Assembly (NCBI GenBank): GCA_032718475.1
Contig: JAUCBJ010008848.1
Span: 36,395 to 100,394 of the forward strand
Length of the DNA stretch: 64,000 nucleotides
Direction: 5' to 3'
From: Nemertoderma westbladi
Lineage: Eukaryota; Animalia; Xenacoelomorpha
Under the pieces are notes generated by a model. That model had not been told where the DNA came from. It searched no databases and saw nothing but the letters and a program-made list of their open reading frames with translations. This document shows, piece after piece, positions 1-12,452 of the stretch; the first letter of the stretch is position 1, and the number at the start of each line of letters is the position of its first letter. Both the position numbers and the translations under genes were made by a program.

Positions 1-241
1 CCCCACATGCCTTGTATGCTCTATATAAGCTAAGAGCTTCTTTATTTTGCTGTGTAGATTTATTCGATGCATCTACTACCATACTGTAGACATCTGGTTC
101 AACAGTCTTTGGTTCGTAGACCACGATTTCTCCAGCGTTTGGTCCGCTCATCTTAAACGAATGGTATGGATTCGTCAAAGGATATCCACCTTCCTGATAA
201 CGCGAACTCTGGTGATTCGAACATCGTTGCGCTAAAATCAT
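1..241 (-). CDS. N-terminal part of the A' accessory ORF (runs off the window)
   Basis: Open frame from ATG 241: MILAQRCSNHQSSRYQEGGYPLTNPYHSFKMSGPNAGEIVVYEPKTVEPDVYSMVVDASNKSTQQNKEALSLYRAY, closely matching part of ORF 19736-20545. Confidence 0.8.
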   Translation of the reverse strand, partial: MILAQRCSNHQSSRYQEGGYPLTNPYHSFKMSGPNAGEIVVYEPKTVEPDVYSMVVDASNKSTQQNKEALSLYRAYKACG

Positions 242-322
242 GACGGCTACTAGAGGGTGCACAACAGATGTTAAATGTGAGGATACTTAGAGGTTTTCGT
301 TGGCCTTTGGCTCAACTTCGCT

Positions 323-524
323 CTAAACCCCTACTCGTAGCCTAAGATTCAGGGTACCGTGTGATTTCGCCCTGGCTCCTAATCCAAAATGTGCTGATAA
401 AAAATAATTCGGGCAAACTGGGCAAACTAAACCCCTACCCGTAGCCTAAGATTCAGGGTTCCGTGTGATTTCGCCCTGGCTCCTAATCCAAAATGTGCTG
501 ATAAAAAATAATTCGGGCAAACTG
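323..524. repeat. ~100 bp tandem duplication in the A' 3' spacer
   Basis: Two near-identical copies of ctaaacccctac..gtagcctaagattcaggg...ttcgggcaaactgg. Confidence 0.9.
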
Positions 525-982
525 GCCATAAGTCTAAAATACTCACCTTTTAATCCCAAACTACTTCCCAGAAAATAATGCAGTCGAGAATTAGTCAAAG
601 TAAAAAATAATAATAGACACGACTATTGGCACAAGGCCATTTATATTCTTCAAAAAAAAATATCAGATCTTCCATCCGCTCTTGTCCCTCTCCATTTTGG
701 TCCCATCCGACCATATCCTAGAATCCATTCATTGGAGAATCAATTTTCCTAAAAATTTCAAAATCCAAATGGATTGTCTAAAATTTTTTAAAAATTGTCT
801 CACTTGTGGGTTCCAAGTGGAATTTCATTCCTTTGTACGCACAAAACCGCTCCTATGTGATACATAAGGGTACTACCCTCAATGTTCACATATAAAGACA
901 ATGGAATTCCACCGCTGTCTTTAACCTACAGTGTACAGGTATACGGTAGGACTATGTGGCGACCATCAAGGGTCCCACATTA

Positions 983-2438
983 CTACTTACGTGGTTTATA
1001 TAGAGATTTATAATCTCCCGTCTCGTTTCGAGTCTCCTCAAGGAGTACGAGACGTTGTATGGGTCTGTCTACAGTACGTCCGTCAATTAACCGTACAGTC
1101 ACAGTCCGTATTACACCACCTGATGTCAGGTGTGTGGTCAAAATGACTCCAGTCAACCAAAACCGTCTTTTCAAGTTGGTCTCTGCCAATAATACGTGGT
1201 CACCACGCCTTAAAGACCGGGTGGTAAGATACCAAGTGGTCCTGGTTGAAATAGAGGGCAAATAATGTTTCTACCATACTTCCCAAAACTTGTTGGCTAA
1301 CAGTTGAGTGATTTTCAAGCTTTGTTGCCGTAACTGTCACTGTCCATAGGTACGGAGGTAGGTAACACTGTAGTCGGCGCCTGCATAAGCAGGTGCACTG
1401 ATGTCAAGGCAAATCGAGACTGTTTGTCGTCGGTAACCAAAGCGATTGGTCTAGTATTTAATATCGCCTCGATTTCTATTAATAATGTAGTCAATTGGTT
1501 GTCTGTCAAAATGCGTTGCGTAGGTATTACTTTCACCATTGCCGTTTTGATAGATCCAATCAACCTCTCCCAAACTCCGCCTCTCCACGGACTGTCTGAA
1601 GGGTTGAAGTTAAGATGATCTTATGGGGATGTAGTTCCTTGGAGATCTGATTGTGGTCTACCTTCTTTAAGGCTCTAGCAATTTCGTTCCTAGCACCCAC
1701 AAAGTTGGTCCCTTGGTCGCAATGTATGGATTTGACCAATCCACGTCTAGCGATAAATTGCCGTAATGCGAGGATAAAAGCATTGGTAGTTAGATCTGTT
1801 ACACGTTCAATATGAACTGCTCTACTAGCCATGCAGGTAAAGATCAATCCCCAACGTTTCGCCTGTACGCATCCACGTTTTGCGTTTATAGGTCCAAAAC
1901 AGTCAATCCCCATTTCGGTAAATGGGGGTCTAAACGCTTATAGTCTAGCTAATGGTAGTTCACTCATCTCTTGGCGTCCTATTCTCGCGTGTACCTTCTT
2001 ACAAATGATACCGTTGCGTGGTACTGAACTCAATCCCTTACTGGGTCTAATAAATACAAACCTCAAACATAAGTGTGATAGACAGTGATGTCTCCCTACG
2101 TGTTTAAGTTGTATATGTGTGTCCAGTATCATAGTGCACTGTAACTCGTGGTGTTGCGGTATAATGATAGGATACCTAAAGTCAATAGCAACGTCAATGT
2201 TTTGGAGCTGGGACTTATGACAAAGTAAGCCCTTGTATATTATCGGACTCCAACTCAGTATCGGTGAAGACTTAATCTGTTTACCTTGATTGATTGCTGT
2301 GAACTCTCGTGCGAAATATCGCAATTGATAATGTCTAATAATATCAATCTCACAGCTATCAATTTCAGCCAAGGTTAGTCTATGTGGAAAGTTGCGTTTG
2401 CCTTTGGGATATTGTCTCAAACGTTTGAGCCATGCCAA
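983..2438 (-). pseudogene. pol: A' integrase (HHCC region, DDE core, C-terminal DUF5641-like), frameshifted
   Basis: GIDCFGP, FTCMASRAVHIE, CDQGTNFVGA, EIEAILNTRP, RPIQRLVLLE across ORFs 1938-2438, 1560-1913, 1315-1563 and 983-1261. Confidence 0.93.
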
Positions 2439-3323
2439 CTTGCGGCAAGCGTTTGTCCATGATCGTGTCAGGTTGAATATCTGGTCGACATAAGCATTAG
2501 TGACGTCACCGGGTAAGGTATAGGTATAGTGTGGAGACTTGGTAGGCCCGCGGGCCTTCCGATGAGTGTCTCCCTTTGTGCAATGGGATTGTCTGGGTCC
2601 ACAAGTACTCTCTTGGTCTCCAGTATCTTACCTTTATCATCAGCACTCGATGGGTTGACCTGTAATAGTGGTTTCAACTCTACGGAATTGGCGTGTTTCT
2701 GTGGACTTGTACGTCTCCTAACTTGGGTCACACATTTAGCCATGGGCTGTAAGTCAGTTATTTTCCTTGAGCATAGTGTGATCCCTGTATTTATAATTTG
2801 ATGGGCACCACCCATATTTGCAATACCTGTAGTGACACCATTGTCTTGGTGACTCAAATAAGTCAAAGTAGGTAAGTTTTACCAACTTACCTATTTTGGT
2901 GGTCAATACTAGGCCTCTCCAGGGGGGTAATTGCGCTGTTATAGTATACATCATCACATTCTGGTAGAATGTCTGGTAAGTGGTCTGGTTGACAGTCCGG
3001 TGAGATGTCTGGTGAGCAGTCTGGTGAGACGTCTGGTGAAACACATCGCGGAACATCCAGCGAAGTGTTCAGTCGTACATCCGGTAGAATGTCTCATAAC
3101 GTCTGGCAGAATGTCTGGTCTAAAATCTGGTTGACAGTCTGGCGAGATGTCTGGTGGAAAGTCCGGTTGACAGTCTGGCGAGATGTCTGGTCGAAAGTCT
3201 GGGAATAAATCCAACGAAATGTCTGGTGGAAAATCTGGTGAGATGTCTGGTAGACAATTGGTCGAAAGATCCAGAAAGCATCGGTCAGAAAGGCATCTGG
3301 CGATGGGTCTGTAGAATAATCTG

Positions 3324-3919
3324 TGTGAGCTGATTCAATTCCGCCTCATTACCCTCATAAGTTAGGACAGTGGCACCTTTTTCAGCAATATTGGAGATAC
3401 GAGATTGGTAACAACCAATCTCGTATCACAACCAATAACGGGGACAACACAAACCCCAAAACCACACAAAGGGAGGTTAGAGGTCAAACCACCTTAGAAG
3501 GGAAAATAACCAACAGGGGCCAACAGAGGGGGAAGCACTCCCAGAGAGGTGAGAGGCGTGAAGTAGGTTATCAGCCAATAGGAGTGGGGGAAAGGATCCA
3601 CTGGACAAAGGCCACAGTAATGTAGGAATGATTAGATATATTATCAATGTGTTGAGATACCAATTCAGTTATTCAGTCATTAGTTTGAGTGCAGACCGGT
3701 GACATCTTACACCGTCACCGTCACTACATATCATCAATATCCTACCTACCGCTACACTGCTATTGTCAATAACATCATATTAACTGTGCTATTACTTACT
3801 ATTCATTTATCGACATATTATCAATCGAACATCAAGACGATAACAACAAACTTTATTTCAATACCACACGGTGACGCGTAGTCTGAACAAACCGGTCGGG
3901 ATCCCTTGATCCCATCGCA
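3324..3919 (+). repeat. 5' LTR of element C
   Basis: TGTGAG...CCCATCGCA, matches 56882-57474; TATA-like TATATT and Inr-like TCAGT inside. Confidence 0.9.
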
Positions 3920-3929
3920 GTGAAAGATA
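3920..3929 (+). promoter_or_regulatory. Non-tRNA primer-binding site of C (GTGAAAGATA)
   Basis: Directly follows the 5' LTR; exact reverse complement TATCTTTCAC at 57261-57270 in the 3' LTR (two mismatches in the 5' LTR copy, 3703-3712). Confidence 0.55.
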
Positions 3930-3962
3930 CCAGCTACCACGAAACTGTGACTGCCAGGCAAG

Positions 3963-4722
3963 ATGAGCACAGGACAACAACGATTGTCGGAGGGAGAGAG
4001 GACACCACCACGGACCCCGGACGATACCAACCAAACGATCTGCGAGGCCGCGACGCGACGGTACCGACCTGCGACGCTGGATTCGCCGACAAGAGACGAT
4101 CCGGCAGTCCAAGCGGAGGGCGGCCGTCTACCACGAGAAAGGGACGAGTCGACGCATGATGGCGGTCGAAGTACCGAAGTCGCCGGCCAGCCACAGGCCG
4201 AGGGCAACGGACGGCCCACCGGAACGGCGACGGTGGGGCCGCCGGTACGATGCCGAACCAGGAGAGGAGGAGGAGATGTCGGCGACGAGGACGTCGGAAC
4301 CAGCGATCGGCTTCGACGGGCCTACAACGCCACGAAGAAACTGCTCAAGGAGGCCAGAGAGGGGGCAAAGGTAAACCAAGGGAAGTTGAGCCAGCGGCTA
4401 GGTGAGTCAAATAAACATTTCAGATATCTAGTCCGTTTCGGGCAGGGAGAACTGGCGAGTGAGAGAGCGAGGGGGGTCGCCACCGAACTATTCGAACTGT
4501 GGTGATCCGTGTTATGGAGCCTGAAGTAGTGTATGTAGGGCCGTATTTAGTGGATGCTAGGGGAATAAAGTTAGTGGGTTGGGCAGATCCGCACGAGGGC
4601 GAACCCGAGGTTAACCCCAAGGATTCGGTCTCGTCAGTCAGCGAGAACCCCAGAAAGCGGGGGAAAATTAGTAGGACAGAGAGGCGACGGGAGTCCATTG
4701 CGACCGATAAGTCCACTACATC
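3963..4722 (+). pseudogene. Element C ORF (gag-like), N-terminal part, interrupted by element A
   Basis: ORFs 3963-4505 and 4499-; removing A plus one TSD joins ...DKSTTS|SAKARRVLEIDL in frame with ORF 51079-51576. Confidence 0.65.
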
Positions 4723-6717
4723 TGAAAGATCCTCTACGGTAAGAACTATCCCACGGCCTACAAATCTACTAATACGAAGCTATAGAATATCCCTTACTGT
4801 GGAGTCCAGTAGTATACCGCTTACCAGATCCTAGTAACGATGTATCTTACTGTAAGATCTAGTAATGTAACGGACTCGTATAGTATCTGACAACAAATCC
4901 CAGTCCAGGGTATCTATTCAAACAGATACAATACACAAACGGCTACTGGCGAGGAGCAGAGCCTAGTGTCTATTCTATGTACGTGAGCGGGTCTAATGCC
5001 TACGAACTAGACAAAAGGAAACCTGTCCTCTAACCGGTGAGGCAGATGTACAGTTACAGTAACAGACCAAACTCACGGGAAAACAATCCCCGCACATCGA
5101 ATCCTAACTATCGCTGACAGTCCTAAATACCGTAACTTGCCGCGGTGTGATTTATATGGTTTATATACGAGCTAGTGGGTTAACAGACCTAGCGTAACAA
5201 TACTGTTCCCGTATTAAGTCAGTCTAAAGGGGGTCGTGCCTAATGTAACAATACCGCTGCTCAGACAAACAACAGTTTAATAACGAAATAAATACTCCTT
5301 CTTGCCGTAACTAAATATCAGATCCTAAATTTACAAACTACGAATAGTGAATTACAGATAAATTCTGCCTAAAAGTAATCTAAAGTGCGCTATAACTAGT
5401 AGAATTCTAAGGGTAAATATGTTTTAGGGCGTGTGTGTGTGGGTGTGTTACAATAAAACAATTTTGGTGTATATCATTGTACTAGGTTTTAGTAATTTTC
5501 TGACCAAAACAACACCATGCGCTAGCTACGAAAATAAGCTAGTTGCGTTTTGTAGAACTTTATACTTACAAATGACGTCAAAGCTCTCTCCTTCCTATCC
5601 ACAACTCAACCGGGCAATTACGGTGTTAGTAACTACACCCGTGATCGGCACAAATACCATATTCTGGTTGTAAGATAAGAAATAGGGTTAATTGCTACCG
5701 TACGTTAGCTGATCTGGTATACAAATTTGATTCTAGAACTTTGTTGCCACGGTGGTTAGCAGCAATACCTATCAGTACGTGGCAAGGCGCGGTAGGATAT
5801 TAATAAACCTCCCTAGGCCAAGCGGTGTGCCGGTAGCAGAAATGCTCCTTGCCTGATCAAATAACTAAGGTTCAGACAAGGGGGGGGGGGGGTACTAATG
5901 TATGTTCTACAAAGCAAACCGGTACCAAACTGTCAGTATTACGCATCACTAAATTATGGAACATGCTGTCTGTACCTAATATGTACTCGCGTACTGACGA
6001 ATGGCAATAGTTCGCACCTGTGAGATATACAGGTTAACCCAGGGATTTGTAATACAGGGGGGGGGGGGGGGGGGGGGTTCTGTCTGAATCTAACTATTTG
6101 ATCCTAAATTTTGCGGCGTCCCAGGACGGCGTCACGCTTACCCTGATCTATAGGTCTTACGTCGGGCAAGGGCGTCAAACAAAGTCTTACCTTCCTCGGA
6201 AATCGGGCGCTGCATGGCAAAGGTGGAGTATTTCGAAGGGCGAAGGGGGTGCGCGGTCTAATCTAATGTGGGCGCTAGCGTGTTGTGGACATCTTCCCTG
6301 CGTTGCTGACGGCCTAATTGTCTAGACGGCCATCTTCCCAATGCTTGGCTGTCCCAATGGTGGACGATTGGAAATATACATGTTCAGAAGTTTACAGTAT
6401 ATTTACAGTTTTACAAAGATTTATCAAACAGATTACTAGATTTATAACAAAAGAAACAAATACTAAGTTAACAAGAGTTAACATTAGTGAGTGATAACTA
6501 GAATGATAAGCAAGTGTAAGTGGATGATAACCGAAGGCAAACCAGCCCTTATATGCTAAATCTGGGACATAGAATCCATTAGAACCTTCCAGAGCATTCC
6601 ATGGCCTCACATTGGAGCAATAAGATGTTCCATGCCCTATGATTGGCCCAACTCATCGTTCCATGTGTTGTACGCACCTCATTGGTTTATCAAATTATAT
6701 CAAATGAAAATAAATTG
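4723..6717 (-). repeat. 3' LTR of A, main part (its terminal ~24 bp lie at 13858-13881, beyond element D)
   Basis: Near-identical to 48833-50829; atcttatagtgaaataatccatca occurs at both 13858-13881 and 51031-51054. Confidence 0.92.
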
Positions 6718-7420
6718 GTATATTGAAAATAGGTAAGACAATACTGCAAACATATCAATCTGTACCGGTACTAACTAAAGATATCTTGGGGCGAGCCATG
6801 ATAGCATGAAGGCGTTACATCACTCCCCCTAACGAGAAGCGGAGCTATTAATTATATAGTAATATACAAAATACACAATAATATATTACATAGTATGAAT
6901 ATTTAAGGGAAAATAATTATTTCTGCACTACAGACAGACAGTAATTATGTACTTACTAACTGTTTAATACAAAGTATCAATAACAAATATGATGTTAGTG
7001 AAATTATATATTATTTCTATGGGTAGGATAACTATTATAATAATTAATATATTGTAACTAGATAGGTTATGTAGTATAATTGGTACACGTTCCAAAAATA
7101 TCTCTGATTTAAAATTAAGACACAAAGAAAATAATATTGCAATCCTTTATTATTACGTTAATCATATAGATCACAGATTAAATTAAACCGTACACTTTTT
7201 GTTTGTTTTATTTTATTCGTTAATAAGACTTGTGGTTCGTCTCCGATTTCATTATTTTCCAAGTTAGATAATACAGCTGGTTTTACCCTATCCAGCGATA
7301 CAACGTGTTGCTCGTACTTGCGCACAATTGTTACAGTTTTATTTGTTAATGAAACTATACGAAACGGTCCTGTATATAAGGGTGCCAGTGAGGATCTTTT
7401 AATAGGATCTTTTATCCATA

Positions 7421-10090
7421 TAATAATAATGTTTATTGACTCTAAGTTTCATTAAATGGCACAGATAATTAAGTTTGTAAAATACATAACTATACCTTTG
7501 AATACACTTAGCGTCCAAAATATATCAATGATTACTAAGTCTTATAAATACAATTCAAGCACCTTTTCACAATACTTACACAACACATAATAATCGTCAC
7601 AAGAGAATAAACTGTTTAGCGAGCAGAAATTTAGTTTACTTTTAAAAAATTGACTCTCCCGTAACTCAAATGAGATCGGGCATTCTAGCAACACATGTAC
7701 TTCTGTTTGCATCGATTTATTGTCGCAACCACAGACTCTTCGGTCACTAGGGGTCCTTGACCACCTGCCCGTCTCTATTCTTAAGCTATGGGAGATGACC
7801 CTAATTCTCGTAAACCATACTCGTATGTAATCTGGTACAAATGGCCTCAAATTACGGTATACAGGGTGAGGTAGTAATTCTTTATTCATCTCAGTTCGAT
7901 AAGTAACAAACTTGGTTGCAGAGCCAGGTTTGCTATTTATCCTATTACGTATCTCTTCAAGTTTGTCTACATTTTGTTGCCAACTATTTGCTTCCATTAG
8001 TAACCGGTATCCGGGTGTGTTTGCTTGCCTACATAACTCAAAAACCTGTGTAAATGGGAGTTCACTATCCTGACTTTTCAACATTTTACATATAAATCTT
8101 TTCCTAGCACGTGAAATTAAGTACTTGAGGGGTGGTGCTCCTACTTCTACCAAACAAATATCCGTGGGGGTTTGAGCCCTAACACCAAGAATACCTTTCA
8201 CCATCCTGGTATAATATTTTTCAATTAGACTGGTGTCACTCGTTAACCATGCTTCTGATCCATATACCAGGCCAGATAATACTGCAGCATCAAATACGCG
8301 TTTTTTAATTGCAAAAGGTAGACTTGTGTTCGTGCTCGTAAAAATGTTAAATTTATTGACAGTTTCTTCGCACTTAAGCCGGTGGTGCTTAAGTGTACTC
8401 TGGACCTTCCCATCTGCACAAAAAGGTACTCCCAAATATACATACAGCGCACAATAATTTACAACCAAATTATTAATAGTCTGCGGCGCCTCATCACCTA
8501 GACTAGGGTTAATGACAAAAAATTTCGTTTTTTTTTCGTTAATTTCCATTCCAGATGTATCACAAAATGTAACCAGAGTTTTTAGTTTCAGCAGTGCATT
8601 AGTGCGGGAAGTGGAAAAAGTCACAGTATCGTCCATCAAAAGTAATAAATGGATTGCCCCCAAGAAACCGTCATCCACAACTGTACTTCGGATCATCTTA
8701 GCTAATCTATTAATGTAAATGCAAAAGAGCACCACGCTAGATGGGGCACCTTGCCGGACACCAATAACAGACAAAAACATAGCAGTTTTAAGAATGTGCT
8801 TCGTACATTTATAAACAGCTTGCACCGCTAATAACATTGTTTTTCCGCAACCAAGTTTTTGTAGAGTTAACAACAACTGATCTCTTGGTACACGGTCATA
8901 TGCCTTTTTGAAGTCAACAAAAATTATAAATAATTTTTGCTTCGTAAATATAGCACAATCAATAAGTAAGCGGAGGGACACGATATGTTCTAAACAACCT
9001 CTTTTTGGCTGACCGCCCGCTTGGCTGACCGCTTGGCTGACCGCCCGCTTGGCTGACCGCTTGGCTGACCGCCCGCTTGGCTGACCGCTTGGCTGACCGC
9101 CCGCTTGGCTGACCGCTTGGCTGACCGCCCGCTTGGCACTTATCAATATTACACCACGATAACAATCTGCGGGTCAATAACAAATCATAAACTTTGGCCA
9201 ATGTGGACATTATCGAGATACCCCGATAGTTTCCACAGAGGCCGCGGTTGCCAGATTTAAACAATACAATCAACCTACTAACACCCCACCGTAAAGGATA
9301 GCATGTCTGATGAAACACAATATTAAAAATAGATAGGAAAAATAAAAGCCATGCTGCAGGCAATGCAATGAAAATACCAAGGCTTATACCTATGTAACTC
9401 TTGCCAGGTTTAATATCCGCCATCGCTTCAGCCAACTCCCGCTCAGTAAATTTGTCATCCAGAGCGGGTATGTAAGGCGATGAACTGAAGTCAGATAAGT
9501 TCAGATCCATCTGCCCCCCCGACTCCCCAGTCCCCAATAGATTGGTGAAATGGCTGGCGAACTCGTCATCCGATGGCATACTAGCGTGCGACGGTGTACC
9601 GAATCCACCTTTCCAATTTACTGCATTCCAGATTGTTTGAGAATCATTTTCAGCCGTTAATCTCTCCCATCGATACGAGTTACTTGTCGATGACACCTTA
9701 TTCTCCTTCTTCCGGGGATGTCGTTTGGCACAATTATTTATCACTGACTCGCAGTCCGCTATACATCTCTCTAGACCGGCCTCTGACAGATCCGCGGTAG
9801 ACGGGGGGGTTAGCTGTGCCATCGACTCCGTAAATGCACGACAGTCTGTAACTTTGTGTGACACACCTTTAATTGCCTCACCCGACGAAATAGGCCACTC
9901 TGTTACTCCCAGGTAAGCCGCGCGTTCTACCAGTGACGTAATACTGTAGCCGATCGATTTATCGACTGAGACATGTAAAGTCAGCGGAGCATGATCCGAT
10001 CCAACAACTGACTTGTCATTTGAGAGGTAAGTAATGCGACTTTCACACGACCAGGAACTGACAGCGAGATCAAGCTCGGAAATGCTCATA
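7421..10090 (-). mobile_element. 5'-truncated non-LTR retrotransposon (RTEX-like LINE) inserted in the integrase of D
   Basis: APE C-terminus (GSDH), RT motifs YRGISI, FVDFKKAYD, GVRQG, LMDD, YLG; C-terminal SHSLRIETGR..C.C..H....C; AATAAA plus (TTA)n tail at ~7421-7437; D integrase rejoins across it (SNATHV|WIKDP). Confidence 0.9.
9007..9137. repeat. Tandem array of 12/16 bp units amplified from the LINE RT sequence
   Basis: Alternating gcttggctgacc and gcccgcttggctgacc; derived from codons for QAGGQP; shifts the frame. Confidence 0.92.
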
Positions 10091-10553
10091 CATACATGTG
10101 TTGCATTCGATAATTGAGATGGAACTGACGATTTACATGAATAATTACGGACTGGTGGAACCAAACTATCAATTTTCGTGAATAGTTTAGAAATGTACGT
10201 CGGTACACTCATTGTCTCCTGTAATGTTGATTCAAAACACTGCCCGGGTAAACAAAGTTCAGATCCATATACCATTTGTGACGGAGAATATTCGTGTAAA
10301 CCAATTACAGACCTTAATCCCAATAACACCATGGGTAATTCATGATACCAATTTGTAGAATTACATTTAGCACGCAGTGAATTTTTAAGCTGCCTATGAA
10401 ACCGTTCGATTGCACCATTGCATGCCGGATGATAGGCAGTTGTACGTCGTCTCTCACTTCCTAATTGTAGCATCAAACAGTTCCAAAACTTTGATTCAAA
10501 TTGTGCTCCCCTATCAGAAACAATTATTTTAGGAACTCCAAAACGACCAACCC

Positions 10554-10844
10554 TACTACTAGGATCGGCATGCTGCATTGCAGCTGCATTTTTAAGGATG
10601 CTGTGCCGGCTTGTCAACAAAATTGCACCGCCACAACTCCCTATCACCCATGACATTTGCTAGATCATCCGCATCTTTAAGGCCAGTGTCCTTTAAGATG
10701 CGTCTCAAGAAAGTCATGGGCTGTCCACCATGCTTATTCACTCCATGAGGCTGCCAAAGTACAAGATTATGCACTGGCTGGTCCTCACGGCGAAAGCAAT
10801 GTCCTGCAAAGCGGAGGCGATTTTGTTCTAGTGTCTAGTATTAG
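10554..10844 (-). mobile_element. 5'-truncated RTE LINE fragment
   Basis: Matches 62345-62624; (TAG)n tail; 11-bp TSD ACGACCAACCC (10543-10553, 10845-10855). Confidence 0.93.
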
Positions 10845-12452
10845 ACGACCAACCCAATTGAATAAGAATGCCTTTACAATTGATTCTGTTGAAATATCTG
10901 AAATTGGAATTACTTCCGGCCAACGTGTATACCGGTCAATGGCGGTGAATAAATATTTATACCCACAAGAGGGCGGCAAAGGTCCAACTAGATCTATATG
11001 AACTGTCTCAAATCTCTGAGTAGTCGGAATGTTCCCAATTGGCGTTTTTACATTTGTTGTAATTTTGGAAATTTGGCAGTTTTGACATTGTCTACACCAT
11101 TGTTTTATGTCTTTATTCATAGAAGGCCAAATATAACGTTGTGAAATCAATTTAAGACTTGCCTTGGAACCTGGATGAGAAAGATTATGCAGATTTTTGA
11201 ATACTTCTTGTCGCATTTCCAATGGCAAATACGGTCGCAAGATATCCGTTGACGCATCACAAACAAGATACGAGTTATCGGTGAGATACAACCGCTTCAA
11301 AGGCAAGGTTGTCTGGGAAATGAATTTCTGAAGATTATTGTCATTAATTTGGGCCTTTGCCAATTCAGGCTGTTCAAAGTAATAGCCGATATTGGCCTAG
11401 AAAGTGCATCTGCGACAATGTTATCAGAACCTCGAATATGTTCTATTTTGCAATCAAATTCAAGAATATACGAAATCCAGCGCGACTGCTGTGGAGTTGG
11501 ATGCCTCATGTTCACACAGTTTATCAGTGGTTTATGATCGGTAATTATTGTTATGGGTTGACCTAATAACCATTCATGATGTATTAGACTACAATAAATT
11601 GCCAATAATTCCTTGTCAAAAGCCGATTTATTACTTTCAATTGGTGTAAGTTTTCTAGAATAAAAACAGATTGGTTCTAGAACTCCGTCTACAAGCTGAT
11701 GTATTACTGCACCTATTGCAATGTTAGAAGCATCGGTTGTCATACTAAACTTAGCTTCTTTATGTGGAAAAGACAAAGTAACTGCGTTCTGTAGAGCAGT
11801 TTTTAATAAATCGAATGATGTATTAGCTGCACTATTCCACTCCAATGCATCTTTTTTTTGTTTATTGCGCGTTAAATCGGTTAAAGGAGAAGCTATTTTA
11901 GAAAACTCAGGTACAAATCTATGATAAAACCCGCACATTCCTAAAAATCGTTTCAAGGAAGACATTGTCTCTGGACGTGGAAATTGTTTAATTGCTTCTA
12001 GTTTATTTGGATTGGGCCTAACTCCATCCTTGGAAATTATATATCCCGAAATTTTACAGTAGATCTGGAAAATTCACATTTATCCCTTCTGGCTGTGAGA
12101 CCATGCGATTTGAGACGTTCTAGAACACGCTTTAGATCTTGGTAGTGTTGCCCCGGATTCGGACTAACAATTAAAATGTCATCCACGTATCCTACACCGC
12201 AATCAATGTCATATAGCACTGTATCCATAAGACGCTGAAAAGTTTGACTGGAATTTCTTAGTCCAAACGGCATTCTGTTGAATTTAAATAATCCAAAAGG
12301 TGTTATTATAGCAGTTTTGTCAACGTCGCAGTCAGCTACTGGGACCTGGTGAAAAGCTTTTTTTAAATCAATTTTGCTAAAAATGGTGCATCCTCTGAAT
12401 TTATTTGTTACATCTGCAATATTGGGCATCGGATATGTATCAGGAACCGTCA

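Larger units (their letters stand above)
1..3323 (-). mobile_element. BEL/Pao LTR retrotransposon copy A', left (3') part: integrase region, 3' spacer and start of accessory ORF
   Basis: Colinear with element A (670-980 ~ 36620-36980; 260-330 ~ 20597-20663). Ends at TSD ATCTG (3319-3323) and resumes at 57475. Confidence 0.9.

Noticed and set aside
5431-6610. Short ORFs repeated in the LTRs of A (and of B)
   Set aside because: Conserved only because the LTRs are duplicates; no coding evidence.
8959-10656. 565-aa ORF as a novel integrase-LINE fusion protein
   Set aside because: Chance in-frame read-through across RTE, Gypsy IN and LINE insertion junctions.
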